The notes: generated from the sequence alone by a model not told the origin. 64,000 nt of DNA from a virus (IMGVR_UViG_2880152234_000004:64001-128000), one strand, 5' to 3'. Positions 1 through 9,380 are shown, numbered from the stretch's first letter. Translations and numbers: made by a program.

Positions 1-636
1 CCATAGATAACCTAACAAATAAAAAGCATGACCAAGTTTTTCATTTTCAATATCATTAATTAATTTCCCTCGATCCTGTATCCAGTAAAGAACACACTGA
101 TCTTTCAATTCTCCATATATCTTTCTTTGAATCTCCTTATCATATGCAGCAAGTTCTTTTTTCAAAGTAAAGAAAGATCTCACGCTAATAAGCTTTTGAA
201 TATAAGGTTTAGTATGTTCCTTTATTGACTTATTTACAGTTACAGCGGCATGATTGGAAATTACAGTATTAGAAGTCCCCCTATTATTAAAATAAGTTTG
301 CTCTTCTTCTAGTGGCACAACCCACTTTACCTCATCGTATTTTGTCCTTTTTTCATTTACTTCAATTACATCCACATATTCATCAGGAATTAGATAACTA
401 CAACCATTTATATGGTTGTTTGGTTCACCGTTTGGTAGTCTCCGCAAAAAGAAATATGGTTTAGGATTCTTACCACAACCCTTATTATGACTTAATTTAG
501 CGTTACAATTTGTATTTGGACAATAAAAAACTTGGCTTCTATCCTTCATTATTTTTGTGACATCTCTTGCATAAATCGATTTTAAAGTTCCATTTACCTT
601 TATAAGTGCTTTTTGAATTGATCTTCCTCTCCCCAT
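1..636 (-). CDS. Partial (runs off left edge) protein with N-terminal CoiA-like Cys/His zinc finger
   Basis: Hand-translated: RBS GGAGG, ATG at 636, MGRGRSIQKAL...FYCPNTNCNAKL...PYFF...HINGC, open to base 1; absent from ORF track. Confidence 0.7.
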   Translation of the reverse strand, partial: MGRGRSIQKALIKVNGTLKSIYARDVTKIMKDRSQVFYCPNTNCNAKLSHNKGCGKNPKPYFFLRRLPNGEPNNHINGCSYLIPDEYVDVIEVNEKRTKYDEVKWVVPLEEEQTYFNNRGTSNTVISNHAAVTVNKSIKEHTKPYIQKLISVRSFFTLKKELAAYDKEIQRKIYGELKDQCVLYWIQDRGKLINDIENEKLGHAFYLLGYLW

Positions 637-741
637 TGTAGTTACTTACCTCCATTTAATTTTCTTTTAATTACGAATGAGGATGGGAAAAGTTTCAAAC
701 TTCTTTATAAAACACTTCTTTCATCTTGATTCTTTATGCTC

Positions 742-1137
742 TCAATTCCGTAAGAATATAGAATCCCAGAACCAATAAATTAAAGCTGCAACAATGCTCA
801 TAATGTAATAATTTAAGCTTTTTAGCACAGCAAGAGCACTTGTTGGATTAGTCACAACAAAGAACGTTAACGCAGCTACAAAAGCTATTACGATGTAAAT
901 AATAAGATTAAGAAAATTAAACTTTCTGACCCTTCTTCTTAGCAACACTTGCAAAGGGACGGCAAACACCAAGTAAGTGATTAAAGCGTAAAATGCAATG
1001 ATGGCAATTGTGACTAATGCTATTGCCATAAAACCAGAGTAAACAAACAGATACAGACCAAAGATTAGACCAAATGACAAACTTGAAAACGCTAGAGTAT
1101 AAACATAACTGTTTAACGCTTTTTGATTGAGGCTTAA
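742..1137 (-). CDS. yopD: UPF0715-type multi-pass membrane protein (YopD-like); expected start codon reads TTA
   Basis: Hydrophobic, ends ALIYWFWDSIFLRN; RBS GGAGGTG 5 nt before in-frame TTA at 1137 gives 131 aa; ORF track starts at TTG 1080. Confidence 0.55.
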   Translation of the reverse strand, partial: LSLNQKALNSYVYTLAFSSLSFGLIFGLYLFVYSGFMAIALVTIAIIAFYALITYLVFAVPLQVLLRRRVRKFNFLNLIIYIVIAFVAALTFFVVTNPTSALAVLKSLNYYIMSIVAALIYWFWDSIFLRN

Positions 1138-1168
1138 ATCAGCACCTCCGCTTGTTTCACATTTCCCT

Positions 1169-1186
1169 TTAAAATCGTAGTTTTAT
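1169..1186 (+). repeat. Junction motif WTAAAA-N6-TTTTAT
   Basis: TTAAAA-TCGTAG-TTTTAT. Confidence 0.7.
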
Positions 1187-1603
1187 TTAGTCTTGAGAAA
1201 GTTTGTCAAAATCTCTTTCTTTCATTTCAGGTAAAGTTAGATTAATCCCTAACATATTTATTAATTCTTGTACATATCTTTTAATTGCAAGCATATCAAA
1301 TGGAAAATCGAAATCAAATTCCTCTTTAACGCTTAGAATATCCATTGAATACGAACAATTATGCTTCATACCCAAAAGATCATCATTAAAGCTTAGTACA
1401 TCTTTATATGATTGATCAGATAACTCAAAGTGAGTAACTAAATAAACACTAATATGGTTACCACCTTGAGAATCAAAATCCTCTAATCTTTCCTCAAGTA
1501 CTAATAAAAATGCAGATCTCTCATCATCACTTAAGACCAATTGAAAAAATTCTAAGTTTCTTAGTTTCAATAACCGTTTAAATCTTGTGTGTTGTGCCCT
1601 CAT
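1187..1603 (-). CDS. Hypothetical acidic protein, possibly the 3' remnant of a longer gene
   Basis: 138 aa ORF with weak RBS; an alternative upstream frame has protein-like stretches broken by stops. Confidence 0.45.
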   Translation of the reverse strand: MRAQHTRFKRLLKLRNLEFFQLVLSDDERSAFLLVLEERLEDFDSQGGNHISVYLVTHFELSDQSYKDVLSFNDDLLGMKHNCSYSMDILSVKEEFDFDFPFDMLAIKRYVQELINMLGINLTLPEMKERDFDKLSQD

Positions 1604-1648
1604 AATCTAATTCTGCCTTTCCTGGTATAAATCGTTTTAGAAAGAGTA

Positions 1649-2290
1649 TTACATGTATTTATATTCTTCTACCCAGTTGTGATATTTTTCATAAAGTGGA
1701 CGTATTCGTTTGAAATCAAGAGCTATGACTTCACATCCTCGGTCATCATAGATAAAGAAAATAATGTCTTTTGTAATGTTCACAAAGAAAACATCAGGGT
1801 AATCAATTGAGTAACCCCCGAATCTCGGTTTCAATGGAAAATCTTCATTACTGGCTGCTTTAAGTAGTTCAGTTACATGTAAGTCTCGAGGTTTGCATAA
1901 CAAGGAAAATTGTTGCATCTCGTATTCTTCAGCTTCATCTATCTCAAAGGGGTAGGAATATGTCTTTACTTGAATTTGATTTAAATAATTTTTACACTTT
2001 AGAAACGGTTGATACACCTTCAATTTTTTTATAAATTTGTCGTTGGTTTTGTGCTTATACATATTCGTCACAAGGAATATGTCATCGTTTTGTTCAAATA
2101 ATTCATTGAAAATGGTTGAGATTTGCTCATATACAAACCGAAATCTCTTAAGATTCAATTCTTCATTCTCTTTGAGTTGGTAAATATTTTCCCCAAGACA
2201 CAAATGGATTCCTATGCTCCATTGATTATAGATGCTAGGAATTAATTCGAGTCTTGGAAACCTTTCCTCCATATACCCCATTAAATTCAT
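1649..2290 (-). CDS. DUF3885-family protein
   Basis: C-terminal motif FFVN..KDIIFFIYDDRGCEV..LYEKY..W. Confidence 0.75.
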   Translation of the reverse strand: MNLMGYMEERFPRLELIPSIYNQWSIGIHLCLGENIYQLKENEELNLKRFRFVYEQISTIFNELFEQNDDIFLVTNMYKHKTNDKFIKKLKVYQPFLKCKNYLNQIQVKTYSYPFEIDEAEEYEMQQFSLLCKPRDLHVTELLKAASNEDFPLKPRFGGYSIDYPDVFFVNITKDIIFFIYDDRGCEVIALDFKRIRPLYEKYHNWVEEYKYM

Positions 2291-2419
2291 TCACACATTC
2301 TCACTTTCGGTTAATCGAATAGCAATTTTTTGAATCACTCGCTTTTTGCCTTCCTATAACAATTAAAAATTATGGAATAACAGGAGTGTTTCATTTAAAT
2401 GTCAACATACTCTTTTTTG

Positions 2420-2437
2420 ATAAAAGAATGATTTTAT
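2420..2437 (+). repeat. Junction motif WTAAAA-N6-TTTTAT
   Basis: ATAAAA-GAATGA-TTTTAT. Confidence 0.7.
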
Positions 2438-2545
2438 AGTGATTTTATTTTTGTACTCTAATTGCTTCATTCACATAATTGTTTTTTGAAATGATACGTC
2501 TCTGCTCTCCATCTTCCTGTTTTCATTGGTTTGCCTTGATTAGTT

Positions 2546-2770
2546 TTAACCGCCTTTATTTAGATTGGAAAACACTTCTGTAGAAGTCAATTTAATTTCA
2601 TCAGCAAATGTAATCAACTTCTCTAAATCGTCTTTATCAAAGAACTCGGGGTCAGTATTCTTAAGAGTTTCATTTGCATTATTTAGCATTAAAAGTAATT
2701 GTTCAATTTCTTCAAATGGATTCAATTTATTTGGTTCAACTGGTGAAAAATCAGAGTTTGTTGGTTCCAT
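2546..2770 (-). CDS. Small acidic hypothetical protein
   Basis: 74 aa, RBS AAGGAG before ATG. Confidence 0.7.
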   Translation of the reverse strand: MEPTNSDFSPVEPNKLNPFEEIEQLLLMLNNANETLKNTDPEFFDKDDLEKLITFADEIKLTSTEVFSNLNKGG

Positions 2771-2788
2771 ATTTATCTCCTTATCAAG

Positions 2789-2806
2789 TTAAAAGTACGA
2801 TTTTAT
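2789..2806 (+). repeat. Junction motif WTAAAA-N6-TTTTAT
   Basis: TTAAAA-GTACGA-TTTTAT. Confidence 0.7.
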
Positions 2807-2840
2807 GTAGACCTAAAAAACTTGTAATTCTTTCCTAACC

Positions 2841-3089
2841 TTATAACTTTAGTATACCATTTTTTCCCGAGTGATCGATATGGTTATGATCTTTTTGGAA
2901 TAGTAACAATTCATGTAGCTCAATGTTTAGGTATGTACAGACTTTATCTAACAGCTCTCTTGGATACCGTTCCATTTCATCTCTGTATAGCTTCCTGACA
3001 GTCGGATACTCATGATCAATATCTCTGGATAGTTGCCTAATACTAATCCTTCTTTCGTCTAATATGAGCCTTAAATTTGATTTAATCAA
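2841..3089 (-). CDS. yopB: Xre/Cro-type HTH transcriptional regulator (YopB-like)
   Basis: [47 protein letters not shown] pattern; RBS GAGGTG. Confidence 0.7.
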   Translation of the reverse strand: MIKSNLRLILDERRISIRQLSRDIDHEYPTVRKLYRDEMERYPRELLDKVCTYLNIELHELLLFQKDHNHIDHSGKNGILKL

Positions 3090-3183
3090 TCGTTCTCACC
3101 TCTGATTACTTTTGATCACTTAAAATGATCATTAAACTTATAATATTGGCCAAGGTTATCGTTCTCCTTGACCCTGTGGAACA

Positions 3184-3627
3184 TTAAAAAGGATAGTCGT
3201 CCGGCTCTTCATGGTCAAATCCATAAGTGCCTTTTATTTTCACATCTCCGCATCCTGGATTTTTTGTAATCTCTAGAGAGTGATTTTTATATGGATCTCC
3301 CTCTACTCTGTCTGTTGCAGTAAAATCAAAGTGGTTTCCTGTGAATTCTTTTACACTCCTTGGGAAAACCCATCCACCCAGAGTTATTCTGTTGATTGTC
3401 ATTGTTAGAGTACAACCTTCAGCATCAAAAACCGTAAACTTGTACCACAACCAAGTGGGATAGTAGTTCTCGTTATCATAATCAGCCATCGAAAACCCAG
3501 TAGATTCCTCTGTCATAGTAAAACTCACTTTCTTGTATTCAGTTGTAATCTTAGCAGTAGCACTGTTAACATAAAAACCTGAGATTAAGCCAAAGCAAAT
3601 CAAAGTCAAAACGAATAACCTTTTCAT
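3184..3627 (-). CDS. Secreted hypothetical protein (Sec signal peptide)
   Basis: MKRLFVLTLICFGLISGFYVNSATA signal; RBS GGAGAGGG before ATG 3627. Confidence 0.75.
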   Translation of the reverse strand: MKRLFVLTLICFGLISGFYVNSATAKITTEYKKVSFTMTEESTGFSMADYDNENYYPTWLWYKFTVFDAEGCTLTMTINRITLGGWVFPRSVKEFTGNHFDFTATDRVEGDPYKNHSLEITKNPGCGDVKIKGTYGFDHEEPDDYPF

Positions 3628-3698
3628 TCCCTCTCCTCCCCTCACCTAATTATAGCATAATTTGGTAATTCGGAAAGGTAGTGATAACTGAGATTACT

Positions 3699-4076
3699 TT
3701 ACGCTATTTTTGCCTTGTTTTGCATAAAAACTGAGTCCCAGACCCAAAAGATAAAAGCAAATGAAATGCTAAACAAGTAAATTTCGTATGACAATAGAAT
3801 CCCTAAGGTGTTAATTGGATCAGTGATTAAAGCGAAGAATAACCATACTAAGAAGGAAAAGAATAAGTATATGAATAAATATTTCAGGCTAAACCTTTTT
3901 GGCTTACGATTTAAAAAATATTGAACAGGCGTTGCAAAGATTAAATAAAATATATAGAGAATGGCACTTATTAGAATGTATGGATAGTAACCATTATAAT
4001 CGATGCAAAAAACATAAACAGCAGCAGCAGATAACGCAGACAAGACATGAACAAACATGATCCTAAAAACTTGCAT
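3699..4076 (-). CDS. UPF0715-type membrane protein (paralogue of 742-1137)
   Basis: Shared motifs FATPVQYFLNRKPKRFS and FIFWVWDSVF; RBS AAAGGGG. Confidence 0.7.
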   Translation of the reverse strand: MQVFRIMFVHVLSALSAAAVYVFCIDYNGYYPYILISAILYIFYLIFATPVQYFLNRKPKRFSLKYLFIYLFFSFLVWLFFALITDPINTLGILLSYEIYLFSISFAFIFWVWDSVFMQNKAKIA

Positions 4077-4138
4077 GTTTTTTATAACCCCTTTCATGTT
4101 AAAAGCTTCTTCATCATTGTCTAGACGCCTCCTTAAAA

Positions 4139-4327
4139 TCACTTTAAAATCCATGTTTTATTTGATCTCAGCTTCAATTTGCAAAAATCTCCTAATGGTT
4201 CAACACATATTACTTCGTACATACAGTCGTCATAAGTATTAAGAAGGACAGTTGTATCTTCTTTTATTTGACCTCTCTCTAACATGCTTTGTAATGAATT
4301 TATTAGCTGCTTTACGTTCATAGACAT
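4139..4327 (-). CDS. Small hypothetical protein
   Basis: 62 aa, closely coupled to upstream gene, RBS AGGGGAG. Confidence 0.55.
   Translation of the reverse strand: MSMNVKQLINSLQSMLERGQIKEDTTVLLNTYDDCMYEVICVEPLGDFCKLKLRSNKTWILK
4144..4161 (+). repeat. Junction motif WTAAAA-N6-TTTTAT
   Basis: TTAAAA-TCCATG-TTTTAT. Confidence 0.7.
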
Positions 4328-4330
4328 TAA

Positions 4331-4753
4331 TTAATCTCCCCTTTCTACTGAATTTCTCTGTATATTTCTTAGCCTCTGAGACAATGCCTGTTGATACTTC
4401 TTCCCTTCATTAGTTGCTGAACAATCAATTAGGTTAAGCGTGTGGCCTCCTTTTTCAACAGTAGTCAATAATTGATCACCTACATCACGATTAACCCATT
4501 TTTTATGCCTTCTTTCTCCTAGGTATGAAAAACCAAAATTGTTTTGTGTATGTAAATTGACTATGCAACTGGATGAAAGACTTGCAATTGCAATTTTAGC
4601 AGCAAGGATTATTGATCTATTTTGTGTCCGCTCTAAACAACTAAAATATGTTTCTTTCACAATTCCTTTGTATCTAAATATCACGATAGCTAAACCAGTT
4701 TTTTCAGGCGCAGTTTGTAGCACTCTGATGAAAATATCAATTTCCTTAGACAT
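4331..4753 (-). CDS. RNase HI-like fold protein lacking the catalytic acidic residues
   Basis: GLAIVIFRYKG..RTQNRSIILAAKIAIASL..CIVNLHTQ..VNRDVGDQL aligns by eye to RNase HI GWGAILRY..TTNNRMELMAAIVALEAL..CEVILSTDS..VKNVDLWQRL. Confidence 0.6.
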   Translation of the reverse strand: MSKEIDIFIRVLQTAPEKTGLAIVIFRYKGIVKETYFSCLERTQNRSIILAAKIAIASLSSSCIVNLHTQNNFGFSYLGERRHKKWVNRDVGDQLLTTVEKGGHTLNLIDCSATNEGKKYQQALSQRLRNIQRNSVERGD

Positions 4754-4848
4754 AATATCCACCTTTTCTAGATTTTATATTATATCTAATTATCACATAT
4801 TAAGACCAAAGCTCAATCAATATATTATTGTCGCTTTTGTGTATGGAG

Positions 4849-5170
4849 TCAGCATGTAACCAACTTTTCAACCTTCTTTACAAATTCAACAAACTGATTT
4901 TGGTCTTGAAGAATACCAAGCTTTCATATTCACCGGTAAAAAGCCATTGAGGGTTTCCCCATTTGTCTGTATCTCCATGATAAAACTTGATCCTTTTGTG
5001 TTTATCTCTTCATCTTCCTGAATTTCATAATGATACTCAATCAATTTCTTCAAAGAGTGGCTGTCCTTTATTTCTTTTGTATAAAAAGTTAATCCTTGAT
5101 CCTCATATTGCTTTAGTTTAAAGCCTTTATCCAGTAAAAATTTAAGGTTGTTTTCATTTAACACTGTCAT
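4849..5170 (-). pseudogene. Hypothetical protein with apparent frameshifts near its 3' end
   Basis: ORF 4886-5173 has a good RBS; after ..IQTNGE protein-like sequence continues in shifted frames (PQWLFTGEYE / LGILQDQNQFVEFVKKVEK) at A-runs. Confidence 0.45.
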
Positions 5171-5207
5171 CACTTAGAACCCCTCTCATTAAAGCTGCAG
5201 TAAGTAT

Positions 5208-5504
5208 TTAAATGTTCTCTTCGATTAAATTTTCTTTCAAAAGTTCTAATAGCTTATCAACATATTCTTTTTGATCTTCATTGAAGTAAGTGCTAAACAA
5301 ATCATTCTTTTCAAAGTCATCGAGTTTATCTTTAAGGCTTGAAATCTCATATAGTGTTTCAACTGGCTTCCCTTCAAAAACAAACTCAACACTTTCATCA
5401 CCGTACAAAGTAATCGTTTCAAGCGCTTCTTTGATGTCTCCATTCCAGTTTTTCAAATAAAACAATTCCATTGACACGTCATACGATAGACCAATCGTGT
5501 ACAT
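5208..5504 (-). CDS. Small acidic hypothetical protein
   Basis: RBS AAGGAG before ATG 5504. Confidence 0.7.
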   Translation of the reverse strand: MYTIGLSYDVSMELFYLKNWNGDIKEALETITLYGDESVEFVFEGKPVETLYEISSLKDKLDDFEKNDLFSTYFNEDQKEYVDKLLELLKENLIEENI

Positions 5505-5614
5505 GTTTAACACTCCTTATTCCCTTAGAATTAATGATTATTGTTTCTTAAAAGACTTATTTGGGTTTAAACTGCTGTTTTATTTTGAATTCAAGTACCT
5601 CGTCGATACAAAAT

Positions 5615-5857
5615 TCACATATCACTTACCTTTTCCTTGCTTTTTGTTGATTTTTCTTGTATACGTTTCACGGTTATTTCAATAATATCTCCCGGCTCTG
5701 TATTCATTCCTAGATCAAAATCTACCCCTGTCAAAAAGTCTGCCGCTTCAATCTCACTTCCTTTTTGAACAACAAGATACCAGCTGCCGGATTCTTCATC
5801 ATATTTAACTTTACCTTTTAAATTTAGAATAGTGTTTAATTGCTCATTCTTAGACAT
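5615..5857 (-). CDS. Small hypothetical protein
   Basis: 80 aa, RBS AAGGGG. Confidence 0.7.
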   Translation of the reverse strand: MSKNEQLNTILNLKGKVKYDEESGSWYLVVQKGSEIEAADFLTGVDFDLGMNTEPGDIIEITVKRIQEKSTKSKEKVSDM

Positions 5858-5869
5858 CTCATATACCCC

Positions 5870-5887
5870 TTAAAATTGTTGTTTTAT
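5870..5887 (+). repeat. Junction motif WTAAAA-N6-TTTTAT
   Basis: TTAAAA-TTGTTG-TTTTAT. Confidence 0.7.
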
Positions 5888-5894
5888 TCATAAC

Positions 5895-6137
5895 TTACAG
5901 TCGATTTTTAACATCATTTTTATAATTTGTTGCGTAGAAATATCCATCAGTACATTCAACTTTTACAATTGGTGTAAATTCATCTTTGTTATTTTCGTTT
6001 ACTTCCTTATATTCATAGCCCTCAATAACCTCATTATCTAAAATGTATTCATATGTTCCTACGCAGTTAAATGTTGTTCCAATAATTTTCATTGCTTCAT
6101 AAGTGTTTTTATTTGTTTTAATAAATTCCATTTTCAT
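5895..6137 (-). CDS. Small hypothetical protein
   Basis: RBS GAAGGG; first gene after a sigmaA-like promoter. Confidence 0.65.
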   Translation of the reverse strand: MKMEFIKTNKNTYEAMKIIGTTFNCVGTYEYILDNEVIEGYEYKEVNENNKDEFTPIVKVECTDGYFYATNYKNDVKNRL

Positions 6138-6151
6138 CATTTCCCTTCTGT

Positions 6152-6169
6152 TTAAAATATGCATTTTAT
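6152..6169 (+). repeat. Junction motif WTAAAA-N6-TTTTAT
   Basis: TTAAAA-TATGCA-TTTTAT. Confidence 0.7.
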
Positions 6170-6200
6170 AATGTTTATATTTTTTGTATTTGTTAATTGT

Positions 6201-6229
6201 ATTATAACCTGATTACCCTTAATGATCAA
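6201..6229 (-). promoter_or_regulatory. SigmaA-like promoter for the small-gene array
   Basis: Minus strand TTGATC-17 nt-TATAAT, with nearby AATACA motifs reminiscent of SPbeta early-promoter repeat elements. Confidence 0.6.
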
Positions 6230-6472
6230 CCATTTATTATACATATTTTTTGTTTTTATATTATCTCTATAATAAATCGCTCATGAGGGGGTTTGGGGGT
6301 GGTGTGAGCAAAAATTGTTCAGGTGAGGAACGAACCGTTTTGAACAATTAGCAGCACCCCCATTCTCTTATTTTATTATTTAATTTATTTTTGTCTCTCT
6401 TAAAGACTTAGACGGGAAAACCCTTGGTATTATTGAGCTTTTTTTAGAGTTTAAGAGGTTTATTCTCTTTAG

Positions 6473-7690
6473 CTACCCATTTAACCATTCAATAAGTAGC
6501 TCCCTCATCCTTAATGAGGGTATGTATAATGTTATTTCTTCACCATCTCTTATTGCAGATCTCCAAATCCATTGTACTAATTCGGATAATGCAAATGCAT
6601 CTTGATCAATTGTTATTTGATATTTCTCTTTAAAATAATTATATAGAACAGTGTTAACGTATCTGTTTATTGTATACACCAAGTGTTTTTTGTGCTTAAA
6701 ATCATTGGTAGCTCTTGCATTACATGACACAAACCCTTTTGTATACCCATTCCCCTTTACTTTGTTTTTGTGTTCTGAATAAGTCGTCCACATAGCTTCA
6801 TCACTTGATGATTTAACAATGTTGTTAAAGTAATTGAATACATTGTTCTTTACCTTCTTGATCGTATATGGTGATTTATTTTTATACCAATTAGATGATA
6901 AAGAATAATCCAATTGGCCAACTGTATTCAAGTTACCTTCATATATTTTTATTTTATTTCTTAATTGAGCCTTTAGAATACTCTCAAATTCAGTATTATG
7001 TTTTGTAAACCTATATTGCCCATCTATAAATTCAGAAACGTATCTTTGATACTTGATATTGTTTATATCATAATAATATCTTTGTATTTGAGCATCAAAC
7101 ATGTAAGTGAGTATGTAAACCTCTTTAAACAACTTGAATATATCTGCAGGAAAATTCCAAATCAATATATTGTCTTTAAAGTACATCAGATTATTGTTTA
7201 AAGCCATATCACGAATATCATCATAACGTGTTTCATAGTCCTTTTTTTCTTCGTTCCATTTCACAAATCCGTCTTCAACATATATTAACTTTGATTCAAA
7301 TAGTGTAGTAAGATCATGCTTCTTAACGCGTAACTGTTCAACTACTTCCATAACTTCATCTAATATCAATGTATAGTTACCTGAAAGGATCAGCTCCTTT
7401 GTTTCGTCATTAGCATTTTTGAATAGATTATGTGTGGCAACAATATTTTTGTTCTGAGATAAAAGTTCATGAAATGACTCAAACTTATATTGTGTTTTGT
7501 CACCTTTCTTCTTTACTTTAGGTTCATAAATTTGTTTACTGCTTATGCTCTTCTTAATACGATCCACTTCATCCAAGTATGGTGTAATGAAAATAAAGTT
7601 TTCGTCTGTCCCTGAATTATTCATCATGTCAATTGCTGCAGTTGTTTTACCGGATCCCATAATAGAATCAATCACTTTAACCTTTTCCAT
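6473..7690 (-). CDS. yonV: YonV, SF2 (DEAD/DEAH-like) helicase-domain protein
   Basis: Walker A DSIMGSGKT, Walker B LILDEV, QWIWRSAIR motif VI; synteny. Confidence 0.8.
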   Translation of the reverse strand: MEKVKVIDSIMGSGKTTAAIDMMNNSGTDENFIFITPYLDEVDRIKKSISSKQIYEPKVKKKGDKTQYKFESFHELLSQNKNIVATHNLFKNANDETKELILSGNYTLILDEVMEVVEQLRVKKHDLTTLFESKLIYVEDGFVKWNEEKKDYETRYDDIRDMALNNNLMYFKDNILIWNFPADIFKLFKEVYILTYMFDAQIQRYYYDINNIKYQRYVSEFIDGQYRFTKHNTEFESILKAQLRNKIKIYEGNLNTVGQLDYSLSSNWYKNKSPYTIKKVKNNVFNYFNNIVKSSSDEAMWTTYSEHKNKVKGNGYTKGFVSCNARATNDFKHKKHLVYTINRYVNTVLYNYFKEKYQITIDQDAFALSELVQWIWRSAIRDGEEITLYIPSLRMRELLIEWLNG

Positions 7691-7800
7691 ACAATCCCCT
7701 TATATTTTAAATTTGTATCTAAAAATAAGGAACGATAATTGCTTTACCGCTCCTTAATTTGTAGTTCATATTAAATTATCCTTTTATGTTCGCTGAATGA

Positions 7801-7962
7801 TTAATAAGAATCATCTTGTTTTACTTTGCTTATCTCTTCTCTGTACTCTAATAGCTCTGAATCAATTCTGTCAGTTGTGTCTTTGATGGAGTCAATATCT
7901 TTCTTGAGCATTTCTAATTCCTTAGCAAGCTGCCGAATAGCATCCGGGAATTTTTTCTCCAC
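7801..7962 (-). CDS. yonU: YonU-like small coiled-coil protein (53 aa, possibly C-terminally shortened)
   Basis: Hand-translated GTG start, RBS GAGGTG: MEKKFPDAIRQLAKELEMLKKDIDSIK...; lies between yoyJ and yonV. Confidence 0.65.
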   Translation of the reverse strand: MEKKFPDAIRQLAKELEMLKKDIDSIKDTTDRIDSELLEYREEISKVKQDDSY

Positions 7963-8006
7963 TCATCTCACCTCAATGATTTTATCATACCATGAGGCCT
8001 ATATGA

Positions 8007-8258
8007 TTAGTGTGACTTGTTTCTTAGTTTAAAGAATACAAAATAGATGATCCATAACAGTATGACAATGATGCATGTGACTACAAATATTGTATTAATA
8101 AGTGTTTGTGCTTCGCTGCTGAAGTAATCCTTAATGAGTTGAAACATTAAGAATAAGCCAATGAATGTGATATGAGTAAACCATAATGAAAATCGTTTCA
8201 TGTTTGCAATGTGCTTGATCATGTTATAATATGAGTAGGAACTAAAGGAGAAGTTCAT
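8007..8258 (-). CDS. yoyJ: YoyJ small membrane protein (SR6-regulated)
   Basis: Two hydrophobic segments; directly downstream of yonT; true start may be an internal ATG. Confidence 0.75.
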   Translation of the reverse strand: MNFSFSSYSYYNMIKHIANMKRFSLWFTHITFIGLFLMFQLIKDYFSSEAQTLINTIFVVTCIIVILLWIIYFVFFKLRNKSH

Positions 8259-8340
8259 TCCCCTTTAGCTTGGTACTCATCTGCGTATACGTTTGCGTTG
8301 TCTCTTCCTACGGAGTCGCTTACGTGTACGCTTTTTCTTT
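8236..8340 (+). ncRNA. SR6-like antisense antitoxin RNA (ends approximate)
   Basis: Extended -10 TGTTATAAT (8222-8230); antisense to yoyJ 5' end and yonT 3' end; ends in a hairpin plus U-run near 8340. Confidence 0.65.
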
Positions 8341-8453
8341 TTGCTTGTCCCATTCATTAAGTTTCTTACCTTCTCAACTATTGTGAGGCAGTTGATAGTA
8401 AGAACTGTTAATGAGATAAGGAAAGCAACTAAGATACCCACCTTCTCAAGCAC
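8277..8453 (-). CDS. yonT: YonT type I toxin
   Basis: GTG start after AGGAGGTG; one TM helix followed by a very basic tail KKKKRTRKRLRRKRQRKRIRR. Confidence 0.9.
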   Translation of the reverse strand: MLEKVGILVAFLISLTVLTINCLTIVEKVRNLMNGTSKKKKRTRKRLRRKRQRKRIRR

Positions 8454-9351
8454 TATGTACACCTCCTTTCCTATGACTTTATTATAACACATTTCGTTAT
8501 CTTTATATACATATTTTTTATATTTGTGTTAAGTTATTTATGTGTTAATGGATGGTGTTGAGATACTTTGTTTGCTGTCTGAGTGAACAAGAATGCAATT
8601 GGATTGGGAATTGATTAAGGATGCTTAGAGGTTGTTATATTGATTCTGAGATCGTGTGAGTGTGATGAGTGGTTAGTGTAGGATATATGATTGGGTAAGG
8701 TATGGTTATGTATAGTGATGAGGTTAGGTTAAATATGTCTTCGATTCCCTCGGATCCGTTATAAATACGATTATTTTTAATGAATGGTTATTCATTTTCA
8801 AATTACTAATCATTTTATTTTTTTAAAAATTTATTCTTGTGTTTGCCTTGGAATTATGTTAGCACTGTTGCAGACCTGCCCAAGTCATTAAATGCACGTA
8901 TAATGTACCTTATACACGTATTACAATACCAATATATGGGGGTATATTTACATCTAATGGTAAAATCAAGGGAACAGATGTACCCATAGCACTTCCATTT
9001 CCACACCCTATACAAATTTTCATTTTCTTAATTCCACCTCAAAATCGCCCTATTTCACATCGTAATTGCTTTCGTAAAAGCCTTTTATATCAACGTTTTC
9101 CCCTTTTCAAATTACCTCGTTTTCATCAATATTTAGATAAAGCATCCACTTCCCCCTACTCTCACTTATGTTTTACGATCGTTTTATCCCTAATCACCAT
9201 TCGATGCATCAAATCCCCTTACGTTTACTGGATTTTTGAACTCTATTATATTATTTACGATAGGCATGTTTTTAGATTACGATAATCACTCTATATGGCT
9301 TAGAATTCATCTCAATAACCTGGAGCTGTTAACATACTAGCGAAAAAACAA

Positions 9352-9380
9352 TAGACAAATACAAATAATATGTATATAAT
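9352..9380 (+). promoter_or_regulatory. SigmaA-like promoter of yonP-yonO
   Basis: TAGACA-17 nt-TATAAT. Confidence 0.65.
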
